Positions 48,294 to 57,311 of a stretch of 64,000 nt of DNA are shown one piece after another. Position 1 is the first letter of the stretch, and every line of letters begins with the position of its first letter. A model generated the notes under the pieces. It was not told the DNA's origin and searched no databases. It saw nothing but the letters and a program-made list of their open reading frames with translations. The DNA comes from a virus. Lineage: Duplodnaviria; Caudoviricetes. Position numbers and translations under genes: made by a program. The stretch spans positions 18,900 through 82,899 of the IMG/VR virus record IMGVR_UViG_3300033487_000003; one strand, written 5' to 3'.

Positions 48294-48339
48294 ATCATAC
48301 GTCCTACCGTAGGATGTTGGCAACGGGGGAGCGTAGGAT
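48294..48339. promoter_or_regulatory. bidirectional palindromic promoter/operator
   Basis: - strand TTGCCA-N18-TATGAT; + strand TAGGAT-N18-TAGGAT-N5-GTG. Confidence 0.7.
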
Positions 48340-48344
48340 CACGG

Positions 48345-48488
48345 GTGTCAGACGAGGAATACGTGAAATATCAACTACTGTCCGATGCGGTGATTGTGAA
48401 CAACTCTGACCGCCGTATCCTGGAGGTGGTTCCTGCCTGGAATCGCCGCGTGATCAGCAGCACGTACATCAGCAAGCCCCCGTCTTGA
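48345..48488 (+). CDS. 47-aa leaderless small protein
   Basis: MSDEEYVKYQLLSDAVIVNNSDRR...; between promoter and terminator. Confidence 0.45.
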   Translation: MSDEEYVKYQLLSDAVIVNNSDRRILEVVPAWNRRVISSTYISKPPS

Positions 48489-48504
48489 AACCAAGACGGG
48501 GGCT
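48475..48504. terminator. hairpin
   Basis: 13-bp stem agcccccgtcttg/caagacgggggct. Confidence 0.75.
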
Positions 48505-48516
48505 CGTTATGTCTGA

Positions 48517-49302
48517 TCAGATTTTCAGACTTTCACGGATATTCTTCACCGTTTCTGGAGTAAGAAATTTCTTATTTCCGATTCGACAACTGGAATACTC
48601 GTAGGTACTAATTGCTTCAGCCACGACGTCAGCGTCGTATCCTTCTCTGACTAGTTCAATGGTCAGAGACTTTTCGGTTGGATATTTCATCCACTGGTTT
48701 CTAACTTGTGCGATGATGGACTTGTAGTCGATCTTGGCTGCCAGTTGGCTGTCGAGATTATCTTCTCGACTTACTACCACGACGTGTGGCATCGCTTTCG
48801 TTTCTTTGTCGTCAAGGTTAGCAAGCCACGTACCCGGAGTTCCATCACTGTCGAGCGTGAGAACTACAGCGTAGTTCCCTTCTTTAGTCTGGAGATCTGT
48901 GATTGCGTGTGCGGTTTCGTTGACGATCAGATCACTCCATGGGGTAGTTCCCAGCCACAAGGTAATTCCCTCGCGGATGGCCGCAGACCGAGTAATTCCA
49001 GCGCGTTTGGCGGTTTCGGTGAGGATAGACAAAATTGCTGGGTCTACGGTGAGCATGATTCTCACGGAATGTGATCCGTCGGCAAGGGAAGGACGTCCAT
49101 TACTGGTACGGCTGACACGATACTTGATGCCATCTACCAAGATCGCATCTTCGTCGTAATGGCCTGCCTCTTCGAGAGTCTTGATGGATTCCTCATGGAT
49201 CCTCAGGGAGCGTCCCGTGATCTTGGATTCCACTCCGTGAGTACGGATCAGTCTGGCCACGTGGCTGGCCTGGTCAGTGCTGTCGAACGTAACGATTAGC
49301 AT
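48517..49302 (-). CDS. protein with internal ribbon-helix-helix (CopG-like) motif
   Basis: VRIMLTVDPAILSILTETAKRAGITRSAAIREGI; AAGGAG RBS. Confidence 0.65.
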   Translation of the reverse strand: MLIVTFDSTDQASHVARLIRTHGVESKITGRSLRIHEESIKTLEEAGHYDEDAILVDGIKYRVSRTSNGRPSLADGSHSVRIMLTVDPAILSILTETAKRAGITRSAAIREGITLWLGTTPWSDLIVNETAHAITDLQTKEGNYAVVLTLDSDGTPGTWLANLDDKETKAMPHVVVVSREDNLDSQLAAKIDYKSIIAQVRNQWMKYPTEKSLTIELVREGYDADVVAEAISTYEYSSCRIGNKKFLTPETVKNIRESLKI

Positions 49303-49312
49303 CTTGCTCCTT

Positions 49313-49360
49313 CATGGGTTTCTGATATCACAAGTCTACCATGGATTTCTGATATCACAA
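49313..49360 (-). promoter_or_regulatory. two 21-bp direct repeats flanking a TAGACT -10, candidate operator
   Basis: catgg(g/a)tttctgatatcacaa at 49313 and 49340. Confidence 0.6.
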
Positions 49361-49410
49361 ATTATTACTGTCATCTGATCGAGTGCCATACTCGCCACTA
49401 CCAAAAGAGC

Positions 49411-49442
49411 CAGCCCTCCACTACGACAGCAGTGGAGGGCTG
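49411..49442. terminator. hairpin
   Basis: 12-bp stem cagccctccact/agtggagggctg. Confidence 0.7.
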
Positions 49443-49454
49443 TTGGCACGACCA

Positions 49455-50420
49455 TCAATTCTTATCAATCTTACCAATGACCTGCACTCGGGTATGAGAC
49501 AATCCCGCGCGATCTCCGATCGCGCGGGTGCTGTCACCCCACGACAGCTGTCGCACGATGAGCTCATCCCTACGGATAGTCAGGGTGGCCAGCTGATCTC
49601 CCACCGTGTCAAGCTCTTCCCGAAGCTCGTCCCGAAGCTCTTCTCGAAGCGTATGGAAGTACTCCTTGGCTCCGGTGAGAACTACGTTATCGTTAAGAGC
49701 ATCGCGTACCTCGATTGCGACCAGCTGGTCCAGCTGGTCGTCAGTGGTGTCTGCGGTAATGTCCAGATGCGCGATCGCACTCGGATCTCCCTGTACATAC
49801 CACTCGTCCGCTGGATACGTTTTCAGCAGTTCGTCAAAGTCATCGTACGTTTTGATTACTTCGTTGATTTCATATGCCGCATCTATCGCTTCCGTAGTTA
49901 TCTGATGTCCGCGATGGGTTTCGCCGTCCCAGTAGATCTCTGAGCCGTCGAGGATCAGCTGGGCGATCGGTGCGACCTCGTCAAGCAGAGCGTTTGCCGC
50001 GTCCGCTGTGAGGCAGGGTACCTCCCAGCATAGAATTCGCCCATCGGCCACTCCTCGTGGCATGTTGTCTCCGATCGGGTCACAGAAGATGGTGAGATCA
50101 CCATCTGATAAGTACAGGTGCATACGGATGCGCTGTTCGTTCACCCGACGTGGATCACGACAGTGGAGTTCGTCCACCTCGTTGATGTATCTTTTGTTTA
50201 CTGGGATGATGTGAGTATCCGGGGTGATGTGCGTATCCGGGGTGATTGCTTCCAGGTCGGCGATGAGCTGATCGAGGTCGGTCAGCTCATCGCCCGTGCT
50301 CGCTTCGCGTGCGTTTCTGGCAGCGACGAGAATACCAGCGGGGGTATCCAGATAAGGAAAGTATTGTACGACCGTCGGATCGAGTTCGATGAGTCGATCT
50401 CTGTAGACGTCGAGTGTCAT
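49455..50420 (-). CDS. hypothetical protein with C-terminal HTH
   Basis: RRDELIVRQLSWGDSTRAIGDRAGLSHTRVQVI. Confidence 0.7.
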   Translation of the reverse strand: MTLDVYRDRLIELDPTVVQYFPYLDTPAGILVAARNAREASTGDELTDLDQLIADLEAITPDTHITPDTHIIPVNKRYINEVDELHCRDPRRVNEQRIRMHLYLSDGDLTIFCDPIGDNMPRGVADGRILCWEVPCLTADAANALLDEVAPIAQLILDGSEIYWDGETHRGHQITTEAIDAAYEINEVIKTYDDFDELLKTYPADEWYVQGDPSAIAHLDITADTTDDQLDQLVAIEVRDALNDNVVLTGAKEYFHTLREELRDELREELDTVGDQLATLTIRRDELIVRQLSWGDSTRAIGDRAGLSHTRVQVIGKIDKN

Positions 50421-50645
50421 GACGCTCCCTGGTAGGTTGGAAACAATGTTACCACAGAAGCTCCACTGCTGTCATCTTTGTTTCCAGTAGATCAGTTGAT
50501 CTCTTTGACCATCAGATATTGATCATGTACCATCACAGTGGTTTTGCTCCGTGCGCGAAACCTTTCCCCGCGTTAGCGGGGATGACGACACATTGGCCCC
50601 CAGCTCCTGATCGAGCTGGGGGCCAATGTGGATATATGTGGATCA

Positions 50646-50930
50646 TCACATGGAGACTGGATTTTCCAAAAGCCATCGCTCCCAGGCAGCAAGTGGCTCG
50701 ACCCTGGCAGCCGCGATCATCCGCTGGTGCTCGTCGATCCGCTCTTGCGCCTCCACCTGACGAATACGCACCGCGAAACGCACAGAAGCGGCAGCCGCAT
50801 CAACCTGCCAGGCTGCGTCTTCCCGCCAGTCTGGTCGGGAGCGGTGCATACGCAGGATCCTGGCCGCCGCGAGAGCACGATAGGCATTGAGTTTACAGGT
50901 GTCGATCATCGCCTCGCGGTCTTTCATCAC
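50646..50930 (-). CDS. hypothetical protein
   Basis: AGGGG RBS. Confidence 0.6.
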   Translation of the reverse strand: MMKDREAMIDTCKLNAYRALAAARILRMHRSRPDWREDAAWQVDAAAASVRFAVRIRQVEAQERIDEHQRMIAAARVEPLAAWERWLLENPVSM

Positions 50931-50983
50931 TTTCCCCTGTCCGTGTCTGTGGTAGTGAATCTTCAGTTCTCTTCCTACCGAAT

Positions 50984-51020
50984 AACGTACTCCCCCCGTT
51001 GATGGAAGTCAACGGGGGCC
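50984..51020 (-). promoter_or_regulatory. palindromic promoter/operator
   Basis: CCCCCG-TTGACT-N17(..ACGGGGGGAG)-TACGTT. Confidence 0.75.
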
Positions 51021-51063
51021 CGTTAAATTGGTATCGGTAAGGTGGTCACCCGGTTGACTCCGG

Positions 51064-51558
51064 TCACACCCCATGGCCCAGCCGAGCCCGACGTACCGTG
51101 CTGGTCGGGTTTTTCTTTCCGGCCGTGGTTCTATAACCACGGTCATCGATAAGGATCTCGAACCCCCCATAGCGGGGATCATCTACGGTCCAGAGGCACC
51201 CCTGGGGGCAGGACAGCGTCTGTGACGACCGTTCGCCAGATCCACGCTCATCGCGGACCTGACGTTCCAGATACTTCAGGGAATCCGTGGTGAGACGGTC
51301 GCCGACCTTGAGGTTGGCGAGGATCCTCTGGGTCGCCACGGCGTCCCGCTCCATGGCCCATGCCAGCCTGTTGAGGGCTACCGTACTTGCTCGGTACGCC
51401 GTCCTGTCGATGCTTTCCCGCCGAAGCAGGGCAGTGATCACTCTGCTGATGATCTCGATCGTGACGGTGGCCGGGTCGATATGGCGAGCGAGATCCGCCG
51501 CGTACTCGCTCTCCAGGGCTGACTTCGCCTCGTCCACCAGTGTTGCGATGTCTGACAT
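51064..51558 (-). CDS. hypothetical protein
   Basis: AGGAAGG RBS. Confidence 0.65.
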   Translation of the reverse strand: MSDIATLVDEAKSALESEYAADLARHIDPATVTIEIISRVITALLRRESIDRTAYRASTVALNRLAWAMERDAVATQRILANLKVGDRLTTDSLKYLERQVRDERGSGERSSQTLSCPQGCLWTVDDPRYGGFEILIDDRGYRTTAGKKNPTSTVRRARLGHGV

Positions 51559-51654
51559 TTTTCCTTCCTAGGTTCGTCCCCATCCGGGGCAGTGAGTGGG
51601 TGCCCGGGGCGATGTTCTCCGTGGCGGCGTGGGTACCGCGCACCCCAGAGTGGG

Positions 51655-52077
51655 TCAGCTGCGCCAGCTGACGATCCACTCTCCGCAATCCTCCGCGAGC
51701 ACCTCACGCGGGTCCCCTCCGTCCGCGTCAATCGCCAGACCAGCGGCACGGAATGCCGAGATCAGAGCTTCAGCCTGGTTTGAGCGCTCCATTTCCAGGT
51801 CGTTTCGCCAGGCGATTTCGTGTTCTGTCCGCTCTTGGTGCGCGGCGGGGGAGTCGTCGTAGTCCGGATCGTCGGGGTCGCCCACGAAGTCGGGGGGCAT
51901 CGGCCATCCGGGCAGGGAGACCGTGACTCGGATTGGATCGTCTGTACGGGGCCAGGACTGTGCCGTTTTCTGGGTTGGGGTGCGGCTGATTCGGGTCTCG
52001 ATCTTCACCCCGTACGTGGCGGCGGCGGCCCGGATGGTGTGGAGAAGTTTCTTGGTGGGTGATGCGGTGGTAGACAT
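51655..52077 (-). CDS. hypothetical protein
   Basis: AAGGAG RBS before ATG 52077. Confidence 0.65.
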   Translation of the reverse strand: MSTTASPTKKLLHTIRAAAATYGVKIETRISRTPTQKTAQSWPRTDDPIRVTVSLPGWPMPPDFVGDPDDPDYDDSPAAHQERTEHEIAWRNDLEMERSNQAEALISAFRAAGLAIDADGGDPREVLAEDCGEWIVSWRS

Positions 52078-52122
52078 CGTTCTCCTTGTTGGTTCTGGTG
52101 GGTGGAGTGACCCACTCACCAA

Positions 52123-52164
52123 ACAATACGTCCCCCCGTTGGTTTTGTCCAACGGAGGGACGTC
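52123..52164 (-). promoter_or_regulatory. palindromic promoter/operator
   Basis: CGTCCCTCCG-TTGGAC-N18(..ACGGGGGGACG)-TATTGT. Confidence 0.75.
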
Positions 52165-52180
52165 GAAATTTGTTAGGTGA

Positions 52181-52600
52181 TCATCCCATCTTCTTGATCT
52201 TCTCTTCCGCCAGATCGATAGCGTCACGCAATGCCGCTATCGATCCATATCCAGCGTTGTCTGCCTGGACCATCCGAGACACTAGATCAGCAAGAAGACT
52301 TCCGTGACGATCAGCGAGGGACAGTAGCTCCACGATCATCGCGGCAGCCCCATCGGGCCCAAAAAGGTAGCCGACCTGTACCTGACGGGTCGTTTTGTTG
52401 ACCCGTCCCTGAAGCGTCATGTAAATAGCCTGACCAGCTAATTTACCAGCGATGACCTGGTCGACGGTGCACACGTCGATCCCATTCAGGAGGACACAGC
52501 CGGTAGTGTCGATAATGAACGCCCCCCGATCGTGTGGTCCACCAGGACCTGAGATGCTACCGCCGAGACGGATTGGGTCGATATTTTCCGAAGTGCTCAC
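52181..52600 (-). CDS. hypothetical protein
   Basis: AAAGG RBS. Confidence 0.6.
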   Translation of the reverse strand: MSTSENIDPIRLGGSISGPGGPHDRGAFIIDTTGCVLLNGIDVCTVDQVIAGKLAGQAIYMTLQGRVNKTTRQVQVGYLFGPDGAAAMIVELLSLADRHGSLLADLVSRMVQADNAGYGSIAALRDAIDLAEEKIKKMG

Positions 52601-52640
52601 TGTTGTTACCTTTCACTCGAAAGTGGTACGTGCTGTCTTC

Positions 52641-52988
52641 TCAGCGTGCCAGTAGGGCCACGACTGCTATAGCCACCATCACGGCCACGGCTACCTTGCC
52701 TCGCCGCGACTTTGGGTGATAGCTGGTCGGAGGATTCCACCACCAGGCCGCCACCAGGACGACGGCGAGAGCGGCCAGAATGCCTCCGACTACCCACGGC
52801 ATCCAGTCGACCCCGATGTCGGACAGGATCGCCGGCATGTGGTCCAGGAGGGCCGCGATTGCTCCGATGACGACCACGATGAGGATCGTCGGCGCGAGTT
52901 TCCAGGCCATCTCGAATGCGACGATCCACTTCCACCAGCGATTGCCGAACGTCGTCCACGCTGCGCTACGTGCCTTGTTCCACCCCAT
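52641..52988 (-). CDS. membrane protein, possibly Spd-like
   Basis: Three hydrophobic helices; directly downstream of traA-like gene. Confidence 0.55.
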   Translation of the reverse strand: MGWNKARSAAWTTFGNRWWKWIVAFEMAWKLAPTILIVVVIGAIAALLDHMPAILSDIGVDWMPWVVGGILAALAVVLVAAWWWNPPTSYHPKSRRGKVAVAVMVAIAVVALLAR

Positions 52989-53000
52989 CCGAGGTCTCTC

Positions 53001-53360
53001 CTACTTGTCTGGGTCAAAGCCACGGGAGGTCTCCTGTGGGCGGTTGAGGAACAGGGCGGTGTACTGCGTATAGGAGCGGGTGATGGCCTTCGCTGCCTCG
53101 TCTTCAAGGGCTGCGGCGTGGAGAAGGTTCCGGACGACCTTCCTGGCTGCGAGGCGTACGTCTACTCCCATGAGACCTCTACGTCCCCTGATCTTGCAGA
53201 GGCCGCGATACAACTCAGCCGCCATGACCACCAGCTGGTCGTGCATGGCGTGGTGATGAGCGCGCGCCTTGTCCGCCATTTTGTGGAACTCAGTCGTGGT
53301 GTACGGGGTCACCAGGGACGGATGTCCGCGAGTCGAATCAGACTGGGATGGGGTGCTCAT
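53001..53360 (-). CDS. TraA-like plasmid transfer protein
   Basis: ARKVVRNLLHAAALEDEAAKAITRSY..Y resembles the small TraA proteins found beside traB on actinomycete plasmids. Confidence 0.55.
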   Translation of the reverse strand: MSTPSQSDSTRGHPSLVTPYTTTEFHKMADKARAHHHAMHDQLVVMAAELYRGLCKIRGRRGLMGVDVRLAARKVVRNLLHAAALEDEAAKAITRSYTQYTALFLNRPQETSRGFDPDK

Positions 53361-53391
53361 GTGTCAGACCTCATTTTCGTTACTGTGGGTA

Positions 53392-53525
53392 GTCGTCAGA
53401 GGGGTGTCAGGAGGGTGTCAGAGGGGTGTCAGGAGGGTGTCAGGAGGGGTGTCAGGAGGGGTGTCAGGAGGAATTTCCCTATAGGGGAGAGCGCCTCTCT
53501 GACACCTGACACGTCAGACCTGACA
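53392..53525. repeat. clt-like array: six GGGTGTCAG copies at 11-12 bp period plus inverted CTGACAC copies
   Basis: Copies start at 53402, 53413, 53424, 53435, 53447, 53459; inverted copies at 53499, 53506, 53520; immediately 3' of traB. Confidence 0.85.
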
Positions 53526-53528
53526 TTA

Positions 53529-55664
53529 TTACGCACTGTTACCAGTTTGGTGGATGGTGGCAGAGCGCGTCAGCCGGTACTCGCCGACCTTTCCGGTACG
53601 CGACAGGGTCAGTCCTGGGAAGGACCTATCTCCGTCCACGAGTTCGGTGAGCTGTTCGGAGAACCATGGTCGGGAGCGGAACTTGTACCGGTCGACGAGC
53701 AGCGCGACCTGGAACGTCACCCCCGTGTCGTCTCCATCCCGAAGGGTCTCGTCGTTCGCTATCTCGTTGAGTGCTCGCTCGAATGCCTTGAGAGCGTCTT
53801 CCCTGGTGGGGGCGAATTTCTTGTCGTCACCCCACGACAGGTCGTCTGCCGGGGGGGCTGCGATGGGCTGGGATGGGTCGATCATGTCGGCTTCTGGGTC
53901 GATCTGTGCGGGGATAGCGCCAGTTTTGCGCATTTCGTTCACGTCCTCCTTCATCTGTTTGATTACCATTTCGGCATCTTCGGCATCTTCGGAATCTTTT
54001 GTGTCCTCTGGTACGGATTTCGGAGTCGAAGTGGTGACCGTTATGTCCTGTTCGGATACCCATCGGGCACGGAGCCGCTGCGTGGTCTCGGCCGCGTCCG
54101 TGTACCAGTCTCCGAGGGCATTGATCGATCCCTGGTCGAGGGGCGTCAGGTGGGGAGCCCATCGACTGATGTGGGTCTCCATCTGCTCATCGCTGGCCAG
54201 GAACGCCTTACGGACCACTGGCCAGCGATCCTCGGGGATACCGATTCCCTCTGTGTAGTGGTATCCGGGCTTGGACTGCTTCCAGTTCTCGGGGTGTGCC
54301 CCGGCGTCGATCGTCGCGTCGGACAACGCGAACGACGCCGAGTACGAGTCACCGCACCCGAAGCACGACCAGGTGCCGATGTTGAACCGCAGCGCGGTTG
54401 GCATCCCCTCAGCACTGGCGCGTTGCAGCGAGAACCCGCACACCACTCCCGCTGACAAGCCCTTGGACGCGAGGAAAACCATCTCCCCGGCGGCGGTGTC
54501 GCACAGCTCGTCGCATTCTTCGAAGTGCGCGTACAGCAGCCCCATCAACAGCCGGGGGTCCTCAGCACACCTCGGTTCCCACGTCCGGTATCCGCACTCG
54601 CCCAGTCGGTCAGCGCGCCATCTCACCAGCTTGCACAGAGCTTTCATGCCAAATCGGAACACCCTCGGGTCGTCGCTGGCCACGATGATGCCCAGTCCGT
54701 CCCGCAGTGGCCTAACCGTCTGGGCGCCCTTGACGGTGTCGAACCACATCGGGGGTGCCACGTGCCGACGGCTGACGATTTCTAGCAGGCTGATTTGGGC
54801 TTCCATGGTCTTTCCGGTGCGGGTCATGCCCATCCACCCCCGCGACGAGGGGTTCGGGGCTTCCGGGTGCCCTCCGGCGAGGTAGATCTTCGCGAGTTCC
54901 TGATCCTCGTACATGCCGGTGACCAGGGGTTCTGTGATGGACGCGCCCGGAGCTGACGGTCCGGGGTAGGTGATGGCGCCCTGTAACACGTCTTTCGTGA
55001 CGATCGTCAGCATTGATGTTCCAGCGTTCTCACCGGGTACAACGCGGGAACGTCCCCGAGGTGCGTTCGCGAGGGACTCGATAGCCGGTACGGCGGCCTG
55101 GACCACGGAGACGGTTTCTCCGCCGGTGTGCCTGACGGGCACCTCGATCCGGGTCACATCGCCTTGTTGGTCGACAAACTGCTTGGGCTTGCCGAATCGG
55201 GTGTTTTCCAGCCCGAGTTTCCTGGTCAGCGGGTCCTCCGCAGTCTCACTGTCTCCGCTCTGACGTAAGCTGTCCAGCCGGTACAGGCACCACGATCCGG
55301 CTAGGAAAAGTCCGATGAGGATGAACGTCACCATCCACCACCCGATGGCACCCACGGCGACGGTTATGGCCTCGCCGAGTCCAGCGAGCACGATGCTGAC
55401 GGTGAGGTGCCAGCGGATCAGGGCACGCCGTCCAGCGGCCACGTGGTAGGACAGGTGGGCCAGTAGGGCTGTTCCGGCGACGATCCCGCCGGTGGTGATG
55501 GCAAGTCCGGTGGGTTTGTCCTTGACGATGGTGTGGACGATCACTCCGGCGAGGAGTGCCCCGGGGACGGTGAGGGCTAGGCCAGCGAATGGCAACGTCC
55601 GGTCGGCGAGCTTGCGGTTACGGCCATCGGTTTTGCTGGTGGTCGCCGTGGCTGTGCGGCCCAC
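53529..55664 (-). CDS. traB: TraB-type FtsK/SpoIIIE conjugative dsDNA translocase
   Basis: N-terminal TM helices, Walker A GMTRTGKT, Walker B AHFEE, LQRAS..GMPT..RFN.G...CFG, C-terminal winged helix RSRPWFSEQL; strong RBS. Confidence 0.85.
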   Translation of the reverse strand: MGRTATATTSKTDGRNRKLADRTLPFAGLALTVPGALLAGVIVHTIVKDKPTGLAITTGGIVAGTALLAHLSYHVAAGRRALIRWHLTVSIVLAGLGEAITVAVGAIGWWMVTFILIGLFLAGSWCLYRLDSLRQSGDSETAEDPLTRKLGLENTRFGKPKQFVDQQGDVTRIEVPVRHTGGETVSVVQAAVPAIESLANAPRGRSRVVPGENAGTSMLTIVTKDVLQGAITYPGPSAPGASITEPLVTGMYEDQELAKIYLAGGHPEAPNPSSRGWMGMTRTGKTMEAQISLLEIVSRRHVAPPMWFDTVKGAQTVRPLRDGLGIIVASDDPRVFRFGMKALCKLVRWRADRLGECGYRTWEPRCAEDPRLLMGLLYAHFEECDELCDTAAGEMVFLASKGLSAGVVCGFSLQRASAEGMPTALRFNIGTWSCFGCGDSYSASFALSDATIDAGAHPENWKQSKPGYHYTEGIGIPEDRWPVVRKAFLASDEQMETHISRWAPHLTPLDQGSINALGDWYTDAAETTQRLRARWVSEQDITVTTSTPKSVPEDTKDSEDAEDAEMVIKQMKEDVNEMRKTGAIPAQIDPEADMIDPSQPIAAPPADDLSWGDDKKFAPTREDALKAFERALNEIANDETLRDGDDTGVTFQVALLVDRYKFRSRPWFSEQLTELVDGDRSFPGLTLSRTGKVGEYRLTRSATIHQTGNSA

Positions 55665-55692
55665 GGGGCACTCCTTCCTTTCAGTGCGGGGG

Positions 55693-55821
55693 TCAGATGC
55701 TGGCTAGGCCGTTGCCGATGAGGTATGCGGCGATGAGTATGGCGAGGTAGGTGAGTATTCCGAGGATCGATGTGACAATATGGAATAATTTGGACAAATT
55801 AACAGTAGGCTTTTGGATCAT
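55693..55821 (-). CDS. 42-aa single-TM peptide (Spd79-like by size and position)
   Basis: Hand-translated MIQKPTVNLSKLFHIVTSILGILTYLAILIAAYLIGNGLASI; between spd-like gene and traB. Confidence 0.55.
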   Translation of the reverse strand: MIQKPTVNLSKLFHIVTSILGILTYLAILIAAYLIGNGLASI

Positions 55822-55845
55822 GGTTTTCTCGATTCCCCTTGTGGA

Positions 55846-57171
55846 TCAGTCCTCGTTTTGCTGGACGTACACGAGCAGCAAGCGTCGGATCTTGTTTCCG
55901 GTGGACGAACTTGAGTAGCCGAGTACCGCAGCAAGCTCGCGCGCGGATGGGAAGTTCGTTCGCCATCCGGGCCGTTCGTTGTCGAGTCGTTCGATCAGCT
56001 TCGGATCGATCGAGTCCTGTACGCCGTTCGCACGAACGTCGTTCGGTGTGCGGCGTGCGCGAACGGGACGAACGAGGTCGTCCAGCATTGGCCGTACGAA
56101 CACGTGGTGTTCGCTGGGGTCGGTGTTCGCGGTTAGTTCGTTCGCCAGATGTTCGTGGTCAGTTCGTTCGTTCGACGTCGTCGTGGTGTTCGTGTCGGTG
56201 CTGGCGTTCGGGGTGCTCGCCCGTGCGATCGCCGGTTGCTCGTTCGCCAGCTGTTTGGTTTCCCGTTCGGTGTTCGACGTCGTGGTGTTCGCCTCGGCGA
56301 GGGTGTTCGAGGTGTTCGGACGTGCGATGACCAGGTTCAGATCGTCAAGCCTGGGAGCGTCCTTCCAGGGCTTGGCGCGGGTCACGTACTCGTCGAACAA
56401 CCCGATCAGGTAGGCGGTGGTCGCGCATCCGATCGGACCGATTGCGTGGGGAAGGGCGGTGACGATGCCGCGCCAGTCGCTCCAAGAGGTGCCAATCGGC
56501 CAGCCACCGATGATGTTCAGGGCGAGGCTGAGACCGATGGCGGTCCATTCGATACAGGTCGCGCGCCAGTCGGTTCCACCGCCCGAGGAACGCAGCACAG
56601 CCCGCCCGATGATGATCATCGCAACGATAGTGATGATCGCGGGTTCCACGCCCCAGGAGGCGACCCAGGCAAACGACCCGCTGGTCAGGTTGAGGACGCG
56701 GACGACGCCGTCCTGCACGCCGGAGGTCGACCAGGCCGCGAAGGCGAGCAGAACCGGGATGCCGACGAGCATGGTGACCTTGTGGACCGAGGCGACGCGG
56801 AGCGCGCGCATCTCAGCTGAGCCCTGGATCTGTGCCCTGATGTAGGCGCGGGTACCGGATTCGGTGGCTCGGCGGTAGAGGTCGGCGAGGGACACCGCGT
56901 CGCGGGCGTCGCGGTAGCGTTCGCGACGCGAACGTTTGGCGTTCGCTACGCGTTCGGCGAGGTCAGCCAGGGCGATTTCGTGTTCGGCTTTGTGTTCGCG
57001 GGTGGCTAGCTGATGGTCGTCGCGAACGCGCGACCTGGCGAGTACGTTCGCCAGCTTTGCGCGGAGACGTTCGATCGCGAGCCGTTCGGTGTCCTTGGAG
57101 CGACCGAACGTGCGGCCGTTCGCGGACATCGGGGTGTTCGCGGTTTCGGTGGTGTTCGTTCGTTCGGTCAT
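55846..57171 (-). CDS. SpdB/DUF2637-like plasmid spread membrane protein
   Basis: Coiled coil, four TM helices, low-complexity T/N linker, C-terminal HTH (PSARELAAVLGYSSSSTG); leaderless start 57171. Confidence 0.7.
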   Translation of the reverse strand: MTERTNTTETANTPMSANGRTFGRSKDTERLAIERLRAKLANVLARSRVRDDHQLATREHKAEHEIALADLAERVANAKRSRRERYRDARDAVSLADLYRRATESGTRAYIRAQIQGSAEMRALRVASVHKVTMLVGIPVLLAFAAWSTSGVQDGVVRVLNLTSGSFAWVASWGVEPAIITIVAMIIIGRAVLRSSGGGTDWRATCIEWTAIGLSLALNIIGGWPIGTSWSDWRGIVTALPHAIGPIGCATTAYLIGLFDEYVTRAKPWKDAPRLDDLNLVIARPNTSNTLAEANTTTSNTERETKQLANEQPAIARASTPNASTDTNTTTTSNERTDHEHLANELTANTDPSEHHVFVRPMLDDLVRPVRARRTPNDVRANGVQDSIDPKLIERLDNERPGWRTNFPSARELAAVLGYSSSSTGNKIRRLLLVYVQQNED

Positions 57172-57207
57172 GCCCACATGATACACAGTCTCGACAGTTT
57201 CGACAGT
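57172..57207 (-). promoter_or_regulatory. leaderless promoter of transfer operon with 9-bp direct repeats
   Basis: CTGTCG-N17-TATCAT-N6-ATG; actgtcgaa/actgtcgag/actgtg repeats. Confidence 0.6.
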
Positions 57208-57311
57208 GGGAGTCATGATGGTGCTGTACATCAACTCGTGCGACGATCGTGTATACACAGCGTCGACAGCCTGACGGGAGTACGACCGTGACCAGGGGGC
57301 AAGGGAATGAC

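Noticed and set aside
53392-53525. CRISPR array
   Set aside because: Units are 11-12 bp with no unique spacers and no cas genes.
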